A DNA stretch of 64,000 bases. It comes from an uncultured Trueperaceae bacterium. GTDB lineage: Bacteria; Deinococcota; Deinococci; Deinococcales; Trueperaceae. The notes under the pieces are model-generated. The model made no database searches. It was not told the DNA's origin and saw only the letters and a program-made list of their open reading frames with translations. How positions within the stretch are numbered: the first letter of the stretch is position 1; every line of letters starts with the position of its first letter. The stretch spans positions 576,001 to 640,000 of the forward strand of contig CAWFFU010000011.1 of assembly GCA_963815215.1 (NCBI GenBank), read 5' to 3'. Shown in pieces: positions 1 to 9,687 of this stretch. Position numbers and translations under genes: made by a program.

Positions 1-345
1 CGAGGCCCGCACGGTCTTCCACAGCGCCGTCGCCCTTGCGAGGTCCTCGGCGACGGGCTTCTCACAGAAGACCGCCTTGTTGGCGTGAACGGCTTCCTCG
101 ACGAGATCGGCGTGCGTCGGCGTAGGCGTGGCGACGATGACGGCGTCCACCTCGGTGTCGTGGATCGCCTCGGCCGGGTCGGCATAGGCGCGCACCGCAC
201 CGGACGCCCAGCGCGCCGCCTCACGCGCATCCTCCACCGGGTCCGCCACGGCCACGACGCGCACGCCCGCGATAGCCGGCAGCGCGGCGGCGTGCGTCAT
301 GCCCATCCGCCCGGCACCCAGCAACGCGATACCTAATCTGTCCAC
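1..345 (-). CDS. Gfo/Idh/MocA family oxidoreductase, probably inositol 2-dehydrogenase (IolG-like); runs off the window start
   Basis: Not in the ORF track. Manual translation from GTG at 345 (GGAAGG upstream) gives MDRLGIALLGAGRMG...VDAVIV...AVFCEKPVA, with the Rossmann GxGxxG and CEKP motifs. Lies downstream of iolD/iolE. Confidence 0.85.
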   Translation of the reverse strand, partial: MDRLGIALLGAGRMGMTHAAALPAIAGVRVVAVADPVEDAREAARWASGAVRAYADPAEAIHDTEVDAVIVATPTPTHADLVEEAVHANKAVFCEKPVAEDLARATALWKTVRAS

Positions 346-364
346 AGGTGCTTCCCTTCCGCCC

Positions 365-1240
365 TCACGGCTTCGCGAGGAGAGCCTCGAGCTGGACGCG
401 GTTGCTGCGCGCGGTGTCGGTGGGGTCGTCCGGTGTGGTGTCCTGCTCGATCACCAGCCAGCCGTCGAAGCCGCCCGCGCGGAGCAGCTCGAGCACCTCT
501 GGCAGCGGCACCCCTCCGGTGCCGAGCGGGCAGAACACGAAGCGTTCCAGCGCCTCGTGGAAGCTCCACCCCTCCGACCGCGCCTGAGCCAGCACCCGCG
601 GGTCGACGTCCTTGACGTGGACGTAACGGACCCGCTCCTTGTGGGCGCCCACGAGCGCGAGCAGGTCGGCACCGCCGTACACCTGGTGACCGGTGTCGAG
701 GCACCAGCCGACAGCGTCCGGATCGGTGCCTGACAGCAGCCGATCGATCTCGTGGGGCGTCTCGACGTAGGTGCCGACGTGGGGATGGAACACCAACTCC
801 ATCCCGAGCCCCTCGAGCTCCCGGCCGAGCCCGTTCAGCGCCTCCGCCATACCCCGGAGCTGATCGTCGGTGAGCGTGGGCGCCCCTTCGGCGTGGCCGG
901 CCGCGGCCTGCCTGACCGCGTCGCCCGAGTCCGCCGCAACGAGGTAGCGCCCTCCCAGGGCCCTCAGGAACGACGCCTTGGCACGCGCCCGATCCAGCTC
1001 GGCCCGAACTCCAGCGGGGTCGCGCAGGTTCATACCGACGAAGGCGCCGAGCATGCTCAGGCCGCGCGCCTCCAGCTCGGGCCCGAGCGACGCGGCGTCG
1101 TCCGGAAGGCTCGACGACCACTCCGTGGCGCGGTAGCCCGCCGCCGCGATCGCATCGAGGATCTGCGGATAAGGCGTGGCGTCCCGGTAGCCGGGCACGT
1201 CCTCGTTGTTCCAGTTGATGGGGGCCGTCGCGATCTTCAT
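365..1240 (-). CDS. iolE: myo-inosose-2 dehydratase (IolE-like TIM barrel)
   Basis: N-terminal APINWNNED, FHPHVGT, LDTGH, HVKD, FCPLG, WLVIEQD motifs; coupled to iolD. Confidence 0.8.
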   Translation of the reverse strand: MKIATAPINWNNEDVPGYRDATPYPQILDAIAAAGYRATEWSSSLPDDAASLGPELEARGLSMLGAFVGMNLRDPAGVRAELDRARAKASFLRALGGRYLVAADSGDAVRQAAAGHAEGAPTLTDDQLRGMAEALNGLGRELEGLGMELVFHPHVGTYVETPHEIDRLLSGTDPDAVGWCLDTGHQVYGGADLLALVGAHKERVRYVHVKDVDPRVLAQARSEGWSFHEALERFVFCPLGTGGVPLPEVLELLRAGGFDGWLVIEQDTTPDDPTDTARSNRVQLEALLAKP

Positions 1241-3141
1241 CCGCCCTCCTCCTCGTCGGTACCGTGGACCAGCACCTGGCGGGAACGAGCGGCTTCGTAG
1301 GCCTCACGAGCCGCCCGCACGGCCGGCTGGTGCGACGTCTCGGCCACCGGCACCTCCCACCAGCCCGCGAAGTTCGGCACCGCCGGCTCGAGCCCGACCT
1401 TGACGTCCAGGACGTTCACCCCACCGCGCTGCCGGGCCGCCTCCAAAGCGCCGACGAGCTGACCGAGATCCTCGCAGCGATAGACCGTGGCACCCATGGC
1501 CTCGGCGTGCTTGGCGAAATCGACGCCGATCACCTCACCGTCGGTGCGGCCCGTCTCCGTGCGGCGTTCGCGTCGCTCGTTGTTGAACGATGGTGACCCG
1601 ACCGACATCTGCAGCCCGCGGATGGAGCCGAAGGCGCCGTTGTCGACCACGACCACGGTCATGTCGACCCCCTCGGCCACCGCCGTGACGAGCTCGGAGT
1701 TCATCATCAGGTAGCTGCCGTCGCCGACCATCACCACCACCCGCCGCTCCGGCTCGGCGAGCTTGACGCCCACCCCGGCAGGGATCTCGTAGCCCATGCA
1801 GGAGTAGCCGTACTCGACGTGGTAGGCCTTATCGTCCTCGGGGCGCCACAGCTTGAGGAGGTCGCCGGGCATGCTGCCCGCTGCGCACACCACGGTGGCG
1901 TGGCCCCCGACGGCCGCGTTGACCGCCCCGATCACCTCGGACTGCGCGAGTTGGTTGCTCCCGCGCGCGGCTCGCAGTTCGTCGACGCGAGCGTGCCAGG
2001 ACGTTCGGAGCGCCTCGAACTGCTCGCGGTAACCGTCGTCGGTGCCACCGAACCCGATCTCGCTCAGAGCGTTGCCGAGCTGCTCGAGGCCGACGCGCGC
2101 GTCGGCCACCAGCGGCAGCGCGTCCAGCTTGCGAGCGTCGTCCGGATCGACGTTGAGCACCGCCATCCGCGCACCGGAGCGGCCGAAGGCGGTGCGTGAC
2201 GCGGTCACGAAGTCGCCCAAGCGGGTGCCGACGGCGAGCACGAAGTCGGCGCCGCGCGCCGCACGGTTGGCGGCCTCGCCGCCGTTGGCGCCGACCGGTC
2301 CGAGGTTCATCGGGTGATCCCAGGGCAGCGCCCCCTTGCCGGCCTGGCTCTCCACGACGGGGAGGCCGAAGCGCTCGACCAGCGAGGCCAGGGCAGCCGA
2401 CGCCTCGCTGTAGATCACGCCGCCCCCAGCGACGATCAGCGGCCGGTGCGCACGCGCCAGCGCCGCTGCCACCACGGCGAGTTGCTCCGCCGCCGCGGGC
2501 GGCCTGCGAACGTTCCAGACGCGCCGCTCGAACAGCGCGACGGGCCAGTCGTACGCCTCGGCCTGCACGTCCTCGGGCAAGGACAGGGTGACGGCGCCGG
2601 TCCGGGACGGGTCGGTCAGCACCGCCATGGCCGCGGGCAGGGCAGCCATCAGTTGCTCGGGCCGGCTCACCCGCGTGAAGAAGCGGCTCACCGGTCGGAA
2701 CGCGTCGTTGACGCTTACGTCGTGCTCGCTCGGGTGCTCGAGCTGCTGCAGCACGGGGTCGGGGATGCGGCTCGCGAAGTAGTCCGACGGCAGGAGCAGC
2801 ACCGGCAGGCGATTGATGGTAGCCCCGGCGGCGCCGGTGATCATGTTGGTGCTGCCGGGACCGATCGAGCTGGCGCACGCGAAGGTGCTCAGCCGGTTGC
2901 GGTGCTTGGCGAAGGCGGCCGCCGCGTGCACCATCGCCTGCTCGTTCTGAGGCCTCAAGGTGGGGAGCGCCAGGTCCTCTCCGTATTCCTCCAAGGCCTG
3001 GCCCAGGCCGGCCACGTTGCCGTGGCCGAAGATCGCCCACACCCCTTCGATCAAACGATGCTCCCGGCCGTCGCGTTCGGAATGTTGGCGCGCCAGATAG
3101 TGCACCAGCGCCTGCGCCGTGGTCATGCGAACGGTTCTCAC
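1237..3141 (-). CDS. iolD: 3D-(3,5/4)-trihydroxycyclohexane-1,2-dione acylhydrolase (TPP-dependent)
   Basis: TVRMTTAQALVHYL, IFGHGNVAGLGQAL, YHVEYGYSCMGYEI, GDGSYLM motifs. Start moved to GTG 3141 with a GGAGG RBS. Confidence 0.95.
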   Translation of the reverse strand: MRTVRMTTAQALVHYLARQHSERDGREHRLIEGVWAIFGHGNVAGLGQALEEYGEDLALPTLRPQNEQAMVHAAAAFAKHRNRLSTFACASSIGPGSTNMITGAAGATINRLPVLLLPSDYFASRIPDPVLQQLEHPSEHDVSVNDAFRPVSRFFTRVSRPEQLMAALPAAMAVLTDPSRTGAVTLSLPEDVQAEAYDWPVALFERRVWNVRRPPAAAEQLAVVAAALARAHRPLIVAGGGVIYSEASAALASLVERFGLPVVESQAGKGALPWDHPMNLGPVGANGGEAANRAARGADFVLAVGTRLGDFVTASRTAFGRSGARMAVLNVDPDDARKLDALPLVADARVGLEQLGNALSEIGFGGTDDGYREQFEALRTSWHARVDELRAARGSNQLAQSEVIGAVNAAVGGHATVVCAAGSMPGDLLKLWRPEDDKAYHVEYGYSCMGYEIPAGVGVKLAEPERRVVVMVGDGSYLMMNSELVTAVAEGVDMTVVVVDNGAFGSIRGLQMSVGSPSFNNERRERRTETGRTDGEVIGVDFAKHAEAMGATVYRCEDLGQLVGALEAARQRGGVNVLDVKVGLEPAVPNFAGWWEVPVAETSHQPAVRAAREAYEAARSRQVLVHGTDEEEGG

Positions 3142-3289
3142 ATCGTCCCTCCGAAGGTGGTGACCTCGACGGCCTCGACGGCCTCGACGGACGCGCAAGC
3201 GTTCGGCATCACCCGGACCCGCCGGCGGCCGCGCCAGGCGTCCCGCGGCGTACGCGCCGCCAACGCGAGCGTTCGAGTCAATGGTCGGA

Positions 3290-3298
3290 AGTATACCA
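3290..3298 (-). promoter_or_regulatory. Extended -10 promoter (TGG-TATACT) for the iol operon
   Basis: Minus strand reads TGGTATACT about 150 nt upstream of iolD. Confidence 0.55.
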
Positions 3299-3389
3299 GA
3301 ACCCCTTGGGGGCATTCTCGAAACGAATCGAACGCTCCCGGCTTTCGGATCTTGGTGGTTCTTTGCGGAGGATCGCCGGCCGGAGTCGC

Positions 3390-3418
3390 TTGACACCCGC
3401 CACGCAACGCCCTACAGT
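3390..3418 (+). promoter_or_regulatory. Sigma70-type promoter for the lacI-GH38-ABC operon
   Basis: TTGACA (3390-3395), 17 nt spacer, TACAGT (3413-3418). Confidence 0.7.
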
Positions 3419-3477
3419 CGGAACAGTCCGAAAGGCAGAGATGCGCCCCAGGAGGGGCTATTGATGATGCGCTATTC

Positions 3478-3493
3478 ATCGAACCGGTTCGAT
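3478..3493. promoter_or_regulatory. LacI-family operator
   Basis: Perfect 16-bp palindrome ATCGAACCGGTTCGAT with central CG, just upstream of the LacI gene. Degenerate copies at 3318-3331 and 3418-3431. Confidence 0.75.
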
Positions 3494-3509
3494 TTCGGCT
3501 GGGTCCGCC

Positions 3510-4508
3510 GTGCCGACCATTAGGGACATCGCCCGGCGCGCCGGTGTCGCGGTGTCGACGGCCTCACTGGCGCTGAACGGCGACGAGCGCGTTCGCGACG
3601 CGACGCGCCAGCGCGTGCTCGACGCCGCCCAGGACCTCGACTACCATCCCAGCAGGGTGGCGCGCGGCCTGTCGCAGGGCAAGACGTGGTCGCTGCACCT
3701 TCTCAACCCGGTGGCCACCGCAGCGCTCTCCAGCGGCTTCTTCACCCGGTTCGTGCGGGGCATCCACGACACCGCCCGCGACCACAACTACGGCGTAGCG
3801 CTCTCGATCCTCGACGACGAGAGCGAGGCGCAGGCGCTGGCCGAGCGCCTCGTCCAGGAACGCTGGGCCGACGGCATCATCCTGATGAACCCTTCGGCCA
3901 GCCCGGGCATCATGACGACCCTGGCACGCAGCCGCTTCCCCTTCGTGGTACTCGGTCGGCCTCCGCTGCCCGACATCCCCAGTGTCGACAACGACAACCG
4001 GCAGGTCGCCTTCGACGCAACCCGGCACCTACTCGCCAACACGCCCGGCCCGGTGGTCCTGCTGAACGGCCCTCAGCACCAGACCTTCACACAGGACCGG
4101 GCCGACGGCTACCTTCAGGCGCTGCGGATCGCCGGACGAACGTCGTCGGAGGATCTGCTGCGCTACATCCACGGCGAGGCCGACGCTGCCCACCGCGAGG
4201 TTCAGACGCTGCTGACGCGAGGCGTGCGCTTCCGGAGCGTGCTGGCGGTGAGCGACGCTCTGGCCATCGGTGCCATGCGCGCCCTGCGCGAGGCGTCGCT
4301 GCGCGTGCCCGAAGACGTCGCCGTCATGGGCATGAACAACGACGACCTGTGCGAGTACACCGATCCGCGTCTGTCGAGCGTCGAGCTGAACGCCTTCGAG
4401 CTGGGCAGCCGCGCCACCTCGCTGCTCCTCGCGGCGGTGCGCGGCGAGGAGCCGGAGCGCCTGCGCTGCATCGTGCCGCACCGGCTCGAGCTGCGGGAGT
4501 CGGCGTGA
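3510..4508 (+). CDS. LacI family transcriptional regulator
   Basis: PTIRDIARRAGVAVSTAS HTH, YHPS..ARGL hinge, sugar-binding domain. Confidence 0.95.
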   Translation: MPTIRDIARRAGVAVSTASLALNGDERVRDATRQRVLDAAQDLDYHPSRVARGLSQGKTWSLHLLNPVATAALSSGFFTRFVRGIHDTARDHNYGVALSILDDESEAQALAERLVQERWADGIILMNPSASPGIMTTLARSRFPFVVLGRPPLPDIPSVDNDNRQVAFDATRHLLANTPGPVVLLNGPQHQTFTQDRADGYLQALRIAGRTSSEDLLRYIHGEADAAHREVQTLLTRGVRFRSVLAVSDALAIGAMRALREASLRVPEDVAVMGMNNDDLCEYTDPRLSSVELNAFELGSRATSLLLAAVRGEEPERLRCIVPHRLELRESA

Positions 4509-4570
4509 GCGGCCCGCGCCCGAACACCGTCCAACCGGCCCAGGCGGCCTTCCATGGAATCGAGGACCCC

Positions 4571-7294
4571 GTGCCCGACCCGTCGCATCCTCCCGTCAGC
4601 GCCTTCGTGGTGCCCCACACGCACTGGGACCGCGAGTGGTACCGGCCGTTCCAGGTCTTCCGCGCCCGTCTGGTGGAGGTCGTCGACCAGGTCCTGGACC
4701 TGCTCGAGCACGACCCCAGCTACAGGCGCTTCACCCTCGACGGCCAGGCCATCGTGCTCGAGGACTACCTCGAGCTGCGGCCCGAACGGCGCGACGCGGT
4801 GCTGCGTCAGGTTCGCGCGGGGCGCTTGCGCATAGGCCCGTGGTACGTCCTCGCCGACGAGTTCCTGGTGAGCCCGGAGGCCCTGGTCCGCAACCTCCAG
4901 TTCGGTCGGCGCATCTGTGCCACCTTCGGCACCCCCATGGCCGTGGGCTACACGCCCGACTCGTTCGGCCACATCTCGCAGCTACCCCTCATCGTCCGCG
5001 GCTTCGGGCTCGACAGTATCGTGTTCGAACGCGGCGTGGGAGATGAGGGCGAGCGGCTCCGAGGCGAGTTCCGGTGGCTGGCGGCCGACGGCGAGACCGA
5101 CGTGTTCGCCGTCCATCTCTTCGGGACGTATTCGGCTGTGGCGGGGATCGGTCACGCGAACTGGGAGCTCACCGATGCCTACGACGCCGACCGGGCCGCC
5201 CGCCAGGCGCGCGCCGTGCTCTTCGGAGCCGACGGGGACCTGGACGAGCTTCCTACCTGGCTACGCGAGTCGTTCGAACGGCTCCCGCACGGCATCGCTC
5301 CCTACAGCACGAACGGCGCCGTCCTGCTGCTGAACGGCTCCGACCACCTGTTCCCACAGCGCAACCTGCCCGCCATCGTGGCCGACCTCAACCGCCGGAT
5401 CCCCGAGGCGCAGTTCGTCCACGCCGACATCGAAGAGTTCCTGGAGGCCGCCCGCGCTCCACGGGACGCGCTCGAGACCCATCGCGGGGAGTTCCGCGGC
5501 AGCCGCTACCAGCACGTACTCTCGGGCGTCCTGTCGGCACGCCTCTACCTCAAGCAGGCCAACGAGGCCAACCAGACCCTGCTGGAGGCCTACGCCGAGC
5601 CGCTCGCTGCGCTCGCCTGGCTGGCCGGCCGGCCCCACCCCACCCACCTGCTCCGAGAGGCCTGGCGCCAGCTCCTCCAGAACCATCCTCACGACTCCAT
5701 CTGCGGCTGCTCCGTCGATGACGTCCACGACGAGATGATGGTGCGCTTCGACAACGCCCGGCAACTCGGCCGGCTGGTCTCCACAGAGGCGCTGACCAGC
5801 CTCACCAGCGCGCCCGGGCTGCGTGCCGTGGCCGTCTTCAACCCCCTGCCCTACCCGCAGCGGACGTCGGTCGAGCACACCCTGGAGCTGCCGAACGGCA
5901 GTGCGAGCCGGCTGGTCGTGGAGGACGAGAACGGGACCGCGGTGCCGTGCCAGGTCCGGGTCGCATCCGTCCTCCCGCCCGGCGCCAGCGACCACCGCGT
6001 CGACCGCACCACCGTACGCTTCGAGGCCGACCTGCCCGCGCTGGGCATCCGAGGCTACCGGCTGAGCGAGGGGGCGCCCGGCACGGCCACCGCGCCCGCC
6101 GTACGTCTGGCGCGCCAGGGCGACGGCGTCACCCTCGAGAACGACGCGCTCCGGCTCGAACTCGACGAGAGCGGCCGCGTCACCCTCACGCACCTCGCGA
6201 GCGGCGCTCGACACCCGCTCGAGCTGGCCTTCGAGGACGTGGCCGACGCCGGCGACACGTATGACTTCTCGCCCCTGCCGGGCGACGTGCCGATCGTCCT
6301 GGACAAGTCCGTCGCGGCCCCCGAGGTCATCGACGAGGGGCCACTGGCGCTCACCGTCCGGCTGCACTACCGAGCCGATCTGCCGGCGCGCCTGAGCGAG
6401 GACCGCAGCCGACGCGAGGGCCGGGTCGAGCTCCCACTCCGACTGGACCTCACGCTCCGGGCCCACGACCCGTCACTGCACCTGGACGTGACCGTCGACA
6501 ACCGCGCCGAGGATCACCGCCTGCAGCTCAAGCTGAGCACCCACGTCGCCAGCGAAACGGTGCTGGCCGACGGGCACTTCGACGTCGTGGAGCGCAGCGT
6601 GCAGCCGCCGTCAGGGCGAGGCTGGTTCCAGGCGCCCCAACCCACCAGCCACCAGCGCCGCTTCGTGGCCGTCGCCGACGGTACGAGCGGACTGGCGCTG
6701 CTCAATCGCGGCCTGCCCGAGTACCAGGCCTCCGCCTCCGATGACGGCGTCGAGCTGCGCGTCACGCTGCTGCGCTGCGTCGGCTGGCTGTCGCGCAACG
6801 ACCTACGCTCCCGACCGCAGGGAGCGGGGCCGAGCCTGTCCACGCCCGGCGCCCAGATGCCCGGCCCCCACACCTTCCAGCTCGCCGTCCTGCCGTTCGC
6901 CGGACCCTGGGACGAGAGCGGCCTCCCGGAGCGGGCGCAAGCCTTCGCCGCTCCGCCACTGACGCTCGGCTGCGCGGTCGCTCCGGAGTCGGCCAGCTGG
7001 CTCGAGCTCCCGCGGCCGCTCACGCTGAGCGCCGTCAAGCGCGCCGAAGATCGCGACAGCTTGATCGTGCGCGTCTTCAACCCGAGCACCCACGTGGTGG
7101 CGGGCGCCCTCCGGCTGTGGGCGGCGCCCGCGGCGGTGCACGAGGTGTCGCTGGCCGAGGAGCGGCTGGCAACCCTGCCTACCCAAGCGTCCACCGTCGA
7201 TCTCACCGTCGGGCCCAAGCACGTCCTGACGCTGGAGATCGTTCCCATGCCGCCGAAAGGGGGGTCCGAAGCTTCACGACGGAGCAGCAGGTAA
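4571..7294 (+). CDS. GH38 alpha-mannosidase (MngB/mannosylglycerate hydrolase-like)
   Basis: HTHWDREWY, LDGQ, IGPWYVLADEFL, PDSFGH, NGSDH, NHPHDSICGCSVD motifs. Start at GTG 4571 (GAGGA RBS); GTG 4505 is an alternative. Confidence 0.92.
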   Translation: MPDPSHPPVSAFVVPHTHWDREWYRPFQVFRARLVEVVDQVLDLLEHDPSYRRFTLDGQAIVLEDYLELRPERRDAVLRQVRAGRLRIGPWYVLADEFLVSPEALVRNLQFGRRICATFGTPMAVGYTPDSFGHISQLPLIVRGFGLDSIVFERGVGDEGERLRGEFRWLAADGETDVFAVHLFGTYSAVAGIGHANWELTDAYDADRAARQARAVLFGADGDLDELPTWLRESFERLPHGIAPYSTNGAVLLLNGSDHLFPQRNLPAIVADLNRRIPEAQFVHADIEEFLEAARAPRDALETHRGEFRGSRYQHVLSGVLSARLYLKQANEANQTLLEAYAEPLAALAWLAGRPHPTHLLREAWRQLLQNHPHDSICGCSVDDVHDEMMVRFDNARQLGRLVSTEALTSLTSAPGLRAVAVFNPLPYPQRTSVEHTLELPNGSASRLVVEDENGTAVPCQVRVASVLPPGASDHRVDRTTVRFEADLPALGIRGYRLSEGAPGTATAPAVRLARQGDGVTLENDALRLELDESGRVTLTHLASGARHPLELAFEDVADAGDTYDFSPLPGDVPIVLDKSVAAPEVIDEGPLALTVRLHYRADLPARLSEDRSRREGRVELPLRLDLTLRAHDPSLHLDVTVDNRAEDHRLQLKLSTHVASETVLADGHFDVVERSVQPPSGRGWFQAPQPTSHQRRFVAVADGTSGLALLNRGLPEYQASASDDGVELRVTLLRCVGWLSRNDLRSRPQGAGPSLSTPGAQMPGPHTFQLAVLPFAGPWDESGLPERAQAFAAPPLTLGCAVAPESASWLELPRPLTLSAVKRAEDRDSLIVRVFNPSTHVVAGALRLWAAPAAVHEVSLAEERLATLPTQASTVDLTVGPKHVLTLEIVPMPPKGGSEASRRSSR

Positions 7295-7338
7295 GGCCCA
7301 AGCCCTCATCTGGACGCACGGTCCATCGGAGGTAGTCT

Positions 7339-8718
7339 ATGTCCGTCCATCCGCGCAAGATCCTCCTCGCTCTGGGAGCCCTGGTCGCGTTCGCCGTTCC
7401 CGCGCTGGCGCAGACCACCATCACCCTCACTTGCCGATGTGTGGCAGGCGGCGTCAACGACGCCGAGGTGCAGTGGCTCCAGAACTACGTCATCCCCAAC
7501 TTCGAGAAAGCCATGGCCGACAAGGGCACGCCGGTCAAGGTCGCGCTCACGCAGTTCGGCGGCACCGACGAGGCCCTGAAGCAGCAGTACGCCCTCGACC
7601 TGTCGGTCCACAAGGGCTACGACGTCATGGCCTTCGACGGCTTCTGGATCCCCGAGTTCGCCAGCGGCGGCCTGCTCAAGCCTCTCGAGACCGTCGCCGG
7701 ATCGGCCGTCGCCGGTTGGGACGGCTGGTCGCACATCTCCACCGGCATCCAGGACATCATGGCCTACGACGGGCACCGTTACGGCATCGCCAACGGCACC
7801 GACGTGCGCATGATCTTCTACCGGAAGGACATCCTGCAGAAGGCCGGCGTGCCCAACGCCGACGCCTGGCAGCCGACCTCGTGGCAGGACATCCTCGACA
7901 CCGCCCAGATGGTCAAGAAGGCGATGCCCGACTCCTACCCGCTGCAGATCGACGCCGGCACCAACATGGGTGAGGCCACCACACTGCAGGGGTACTACAT
8001 GCTCATCCTGGGCACCGGCGAGCAGCCCTTCATGAACGGCAAGTGGGTGGTCAAGAGCCAGGGCATCCTCGACACGCTCAACTTCTACAAGCAGATCTAC
8101 GTCGACACCAAGGTCGGCGACCAGCGCGTGCAACTCGTCAAGGACGGCCGCAACCAGTCGTTCGCCAACTTCCGCGACGGCGTCACCTCGATGCTGGTCG
8201 AGAGCGACTGGTTCTACCGCTCGGTCACCAAGCCCGGTTCGGAGTTCGCCGTGGCGAACCGCGACCAGGTCATGGGCTGGGCCAAGATGCCGGCGGAGAA
8301 GCCCGGCATGGGCGTCCGCGGCCAGGGCTTCGTGACCGCCTCCGGCGGCACCGGCTGGGTCCTCAACCCCAACACCGCGCACCCCGCCGAGGCCTGGGAC
8401 CTGCTGGCGTTCATGAACGGCAAGGCCGCCCGCGACGACTTCGAGACCTACCAGCCCACCATCAGCGCGCGCGACGACGTGCCGGTGCCCAACAACCCGT
8501 TCCTCACCAACACCGCCAAGACCCTGCTCCCGCTGACCGTGTCGCGGCCGAACAACGACGCCTACGCCAAGGTCTCCGAGCAGATCCAGCTGATGACCGA
8601 GAACGTCGTCTCCGGGCAGATGTCGCCGCAGCAGGCTATGGACGCCTACGCCGCCGCCGTCACGCAGATCGTCGGCGCCGACAACACCGTCGACCTCCTG
8701 AAGACCGCCAGCAACTAA
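7339..8718 (+). CDS. Carbohydrate ABC transporter substrate-binding protein
   Basis: Signal peptide ending PALAQ; family 1 SBP motifs (DGFWIPEF, DVRMIFYRKD, SGGTGW). Confidence 0.9.
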   Translation: MSVHPRKILLALGALVAFAVPALAQTTITLTCRCVAGGVNDAEVQWLQNYVIPNFEKAMADKGTPVKVALTQFGGTDEALKQQYALDLSVHKGYDVMAFDGFWIPEFASGGLLKPLETVAGSAVAGWDGWSHISTGIQDIMAYDGHRYGIANGTDVRMIFYRKDILQKAGVPNADAWQPTSWQDILDTAQMVKKAMPDSYPLQIDAGTNMGEATTLQGYYMLILGTGEQPFMNGKWVVKSQGILDTLNFYKQIYVDTKVGDQRVQLVKDGRNQSFANFRDGVTSMLVESDWFYRSVTKPGSEFAVANRDQVMGWAKMPAEKPGMGVRGQGFVTASGGTGWVLNPNTAHPAEAWDLLAFMNGKAARDDFETYQPTISARDDVPVPNNPFLTNTAKTLLPLTVSRPNNDAYAKVSEQIQLMTENVVSGQMSPQQAMDAYAAAVTQIVGADNTVDLLKTASN

Positions 8719-8728
8719 GCCCTCTCCC

Positions 8729-8757
8729 GAGGGAGCCCGGTTCGTCCGGGCTCCCTC
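8729..8757 (+). terminator. Intercistronic hairpin after the SBP gene
   Basis: GAGGGAGCCCGG-TTCGT-CCGGGCTCCCTC, 12-bp perfect stem, no U-tract. Confidence 0.6.
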
Positions 8758-8778
8758 CCACCCATCGCGGAGTGCGAC

Positions 8779-9687
8779 GTGCCCGAGAGACGCACCATCC
8801 TCCCCCTCCGAACCGGCTTGCTGTTCCTGGCTCCGGCCGCCGCCTTCGTCGTGGCCTTCATCGTCCTGCCGTTCTTCTGGGTGGCGGTGGTCAGCTTCAC
8901 GAATCGGTCGCTCACCGGCCTCGGCGCCCTGCATCCGCACTTCGTGGGCCTGACGAACTACCTGCGGCTGTTCAACCCCAGCACCTTCCTCCAACCCGGC
9001 CAGTTCGGCTCCTCGCTCCTCATCACCGCGCAGTTCGTGTTGTTCTCGGCGCTCATCGGCCAGGCGGCGCTGGGCCTGCTGCTGGCGTGGCTCTTCTACC
9101 ACAGGGAGAGCTGGGTCAAGGAGACCGTTCAGACGCTGGCCATCGTGGCCTGGATCATCCCCGACGTGGTCGTGGCCTTCGCCTGGTCGGCCTTCCTGGA
9201 CTTCGGTCAGGGCACGTTGAACCACATCGTCACGGCCCTTGGCTTCCACCGGGTGGACTGGCTTCTGGGCGTGCCGGTGCTGTCCATCATCCTCTTCAAC
9301 ACCTGGCGCGGCACCGCGTTCTCGATGCTGCTGTTCTCCTCCGCGCTCGGCTCGATCCCGCCGAGCCACCTGGAGACCGCCGAGGTCACCGGCGCCAATG
9401 CCTGGCAGAAACTCCGCGACATCATCCTTCCGCTCATCCGCACGCACATCGTGACGGACCTTATCTTGATCACCCTGTGGACCTTCAACACCTTCACCCC
9501 CTTTCTCATCACCGGCGGGGGGCCGGCTTTCAGGACCGAGGTCGTATCGATCTTGACGTATCGCATCGCCTTCAAATACTTCAACTTCGGCTCCGGCAGC
9601 GCCATCGGCATGATCATGATGCTCATCAACCTGGCGTTCGCCCTCATCTACCTCAGCCTGCTGCGTCGCCGCGAGGGCGCGCGATGA
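8779..9687 (+). CDS. Carbohydrate ABC transporter permease
   Basis: Multiple TM segments; EAA-like loop ETAEVTGANAWQ. Confidence 0.92.
   Translation: MPERRTILPLRTGLLFLAPAAAFVVAFIVLPFFWVAVVSFTNRSLTGLGALHPHFVGLTNYLRLFNPSTFLQPGQFGSSLLITAQFVLFSALIGQAALGLLLAWLFYHRESWVKETVQTLAIVAWIIPDVVVAFAWSAFLDFGQGTLNHIVTALGFHRVDWLLGVPVLSIILFNTWRGTAFSMLLFSSALGSIPPSHLETAEVTGANAWQKLRDIILPLIRTHIVTDLILITLWTFNTFTPFLITGGGPAFRTEVVSILTYRIAFKYFNFGSGSAIGMIMMLINLAFALIYLSLLRRREGAR

Noticed and set aside
3686..4570. N-terminal ~295 aa of the 1202-aa ORF 3686-7294
   Set aside because: Off-frame overlap with the LacI gene and Arg/Pro-rich junk; GH38 similarity begins only after ~4571.
7306..9447. 713-aa antisense ORF, and similar long shadow ORFs (47755-50052, 55168-57177, 51231-53045, 58116-59804)
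   Set aside because: They lie opposite well-supported genes and have no motifs. Stop-poor antisense frames are expected at this GC content.
8043..9683. Apparent long N-terminal extensions on permease, ATPase, ligase and tdh ORFs in the track (e.g. 8043, 9770, 31104, 45215)
   Set aside because: Artefacts of longest-ORF calling; the true starts overlap upstream stops or have clear RBSs.
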